This document shows positions 50,098 to 51,402 of a DNA stretch of 51,402 nt, in pieces. The position numbers and the translations under genes were made by a program. This DNA comes from Chromera velia. Its lineage: Eukaryota. Below the pieces are notes generated by a model. The model ran no database searches, was not told the DNA's origin, and saw only the letters and a list, made by a program, of their open reading frames with translations. The DNA is taken from the NCBI GenBank assembly GCA_018398765.1, contig JAHBMJ010000280.1, forward strand, positions 1 to 51,402. Reading direction: 5' to 3'. Numbering within the stretch: position 1 is the stretch's first letter; each line of letters begins with the position of its first letter.

Positions 50098-50153
50098 CCC
50101 CTCGATCGGGATGGGCCCCTCGCGCGGGATGGGCCCCTCGCGGGATGGGCCCT
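50098..50153. repeat. Three tandem 16-18-bp GC-rich repeats in the kinesin/GST divergent promoter
   Basis: cccctcgatcgggatggg cccctcgcgcgggatggg cccctcgcgggatggg ccc. Confidence 0.8.
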
Positions 50154-50403
50154 TCCGACGCATATGTGCTCCGGCGTGCATGCCTTATGGAAAATTTATG
50201 GAGACGGGGCCAGATGAATTCTGATAGGAGTTCGCTTTACAAGAAGAACCGATCAATTCTGACCGGCCCCGTACTGAGGCTCAGAAGCTGACATGATCAA
50301 GAAGGCGCCCTGAGCGTTGTGGGGTGGGTTTCGTTATTGTGTCTCCGTGTGCTTTGCACGGACTTCCGCTATCGTTTGCTTTTTCGACTTGACTCGCTCA
50401 AAA

Positions 50404-51314
50404 ATGTGTCCCCGTCTCCTCACAGTTACTTGCCTCCTTTGCGTTCAAGTAGGTCTCTCTGCAATAAATATCTTGGACAAGAGGTCATGGGGGCAAAAAG
50501 GGGTGGTCCTGAAGTACTTTGACACGGGAAAGTACGCTGCAAGAGGAGGAATTCTTCGTCTCTGGCTTCGAGAGACCGGCATCCGTTAGTCGGCCCCCTC
50601 TCGTCCCTCTTACTCAAGGCTTGCCCAGCTGTTTGCCCCTTCCTCAGACCTTTCTCATCAGTTGCTATAGATGACTTTGAAGTTCATGCATGAGTGTGAC
50701 TCTGTCAGCAAGCGGCCTCCCCCGTTCGTGCGCCCTGCATGGAGACGGGACGTTTGTTTCCTTCTGAGAGCTCTCGTGTGTAGTAACCCTCAATCAGCCC
50801 ACAGGCTTTCATGTGATTGCATGCAGTCTTTTCTACCGTACATATTATCTCTGACCACTAAGCAAGGCCCATCCATGAACATTGAAGCTCTAACTGTTGT
50901 TGCGTGCAGCGTTTTCTGAAGAGACGGTGCCCCATGACGAGTGGCCTGCGTTGAAGGCGGAGTTGAAGGGGACGTGGGAGAATCCCACGGGGGAATTGCC
51001 GATGATGACCTACCAGGGAAAGAGCTTTTACGGTACAAACGCAATCGGGAGGTATCTGTCAAGGAAAGTGAAGGCGCGACACTTCTTCACGTCGTACGGG
51101 CAGAATGCCGAGGACGATTTCTGGGTCGATGTGGCGTTGGAGGAGACGCACTCGATGCACAACGACTGGGCAAAGTCTCTTGCGGGGAGTAACGTGAGAC
51201 TTTTCCCGAGAAAGACCGGGTTCTTCGGGAAAGTCAAGCGGGCAGTCGTGGGGGAGGGCCCGGGACCTGCAGCACGAAGAGCACGCATCCAGTATTTGAA
51301 GAGAGACAGAAAAG
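50404..51314 (+). CDS. Glutathione S-transferase-like protein with N-terminal signal peptide (probably continues past the window end)
   Basis: Exons 50404-50584 and 50910-~51314: MCPRLLTVTCLLCVQVGLSA leader, VLKYFD..RGGILRLWL, EWPALK, NPTGELPMM, TNAIGRYL, matching a Tyr-type GST N-domain; probable donor gtcggt near 51314. Confidence 0.75.
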
Positions 51315-51402
51315 GTCGGTCGATCTAATGGGAAGGGCTCCAATGACGCATTTTTTGTATCAGCTGCTTTGGAAGTGTGAAAATTTGTGTGTGTGTGTGG
51401 GG

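Overview
Eukaryotic, intron-containing nuclear DNA. The style suggests a chromerid alveolate such as Chromera velia (inference): GC-rich exons, microsatellite-filled GT-AG introns, long G/C homopolymers, TGCATGCA motifs, an expanded-type LRR gene and a plastid-targeted thioredoxin-like gene. Genes in order: a bacterial-type FrhB (F420 hydrogenase beta family) gene with a broken 3' end; an unknown 2-TM protein; a 5-exon thioredoxin-like gene with a probable plastid leader; MMS19; a frameshifted LRR pseudogene; three adjacent, almost intron-free genes for secretory-pathway proteins that each fuse a SAM methyltransferase-like domain to a different glycosyltransferase-like domain; a frameshifted SINA-like RING gene; a multi-exon kinesin-8; and the 5' part of a signal-peptide-bearing GST. 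AT-rich intergenic islands hold MITEs (three related ones with 8-bp target-site duplications) and 3' ends of non-LTR retroelements. The best candidate for an undescribed system is the methyltransferase-glycosyltransferase fusion cluster (21170-33074). All family calls are from motif recognition by eye, not database searches.
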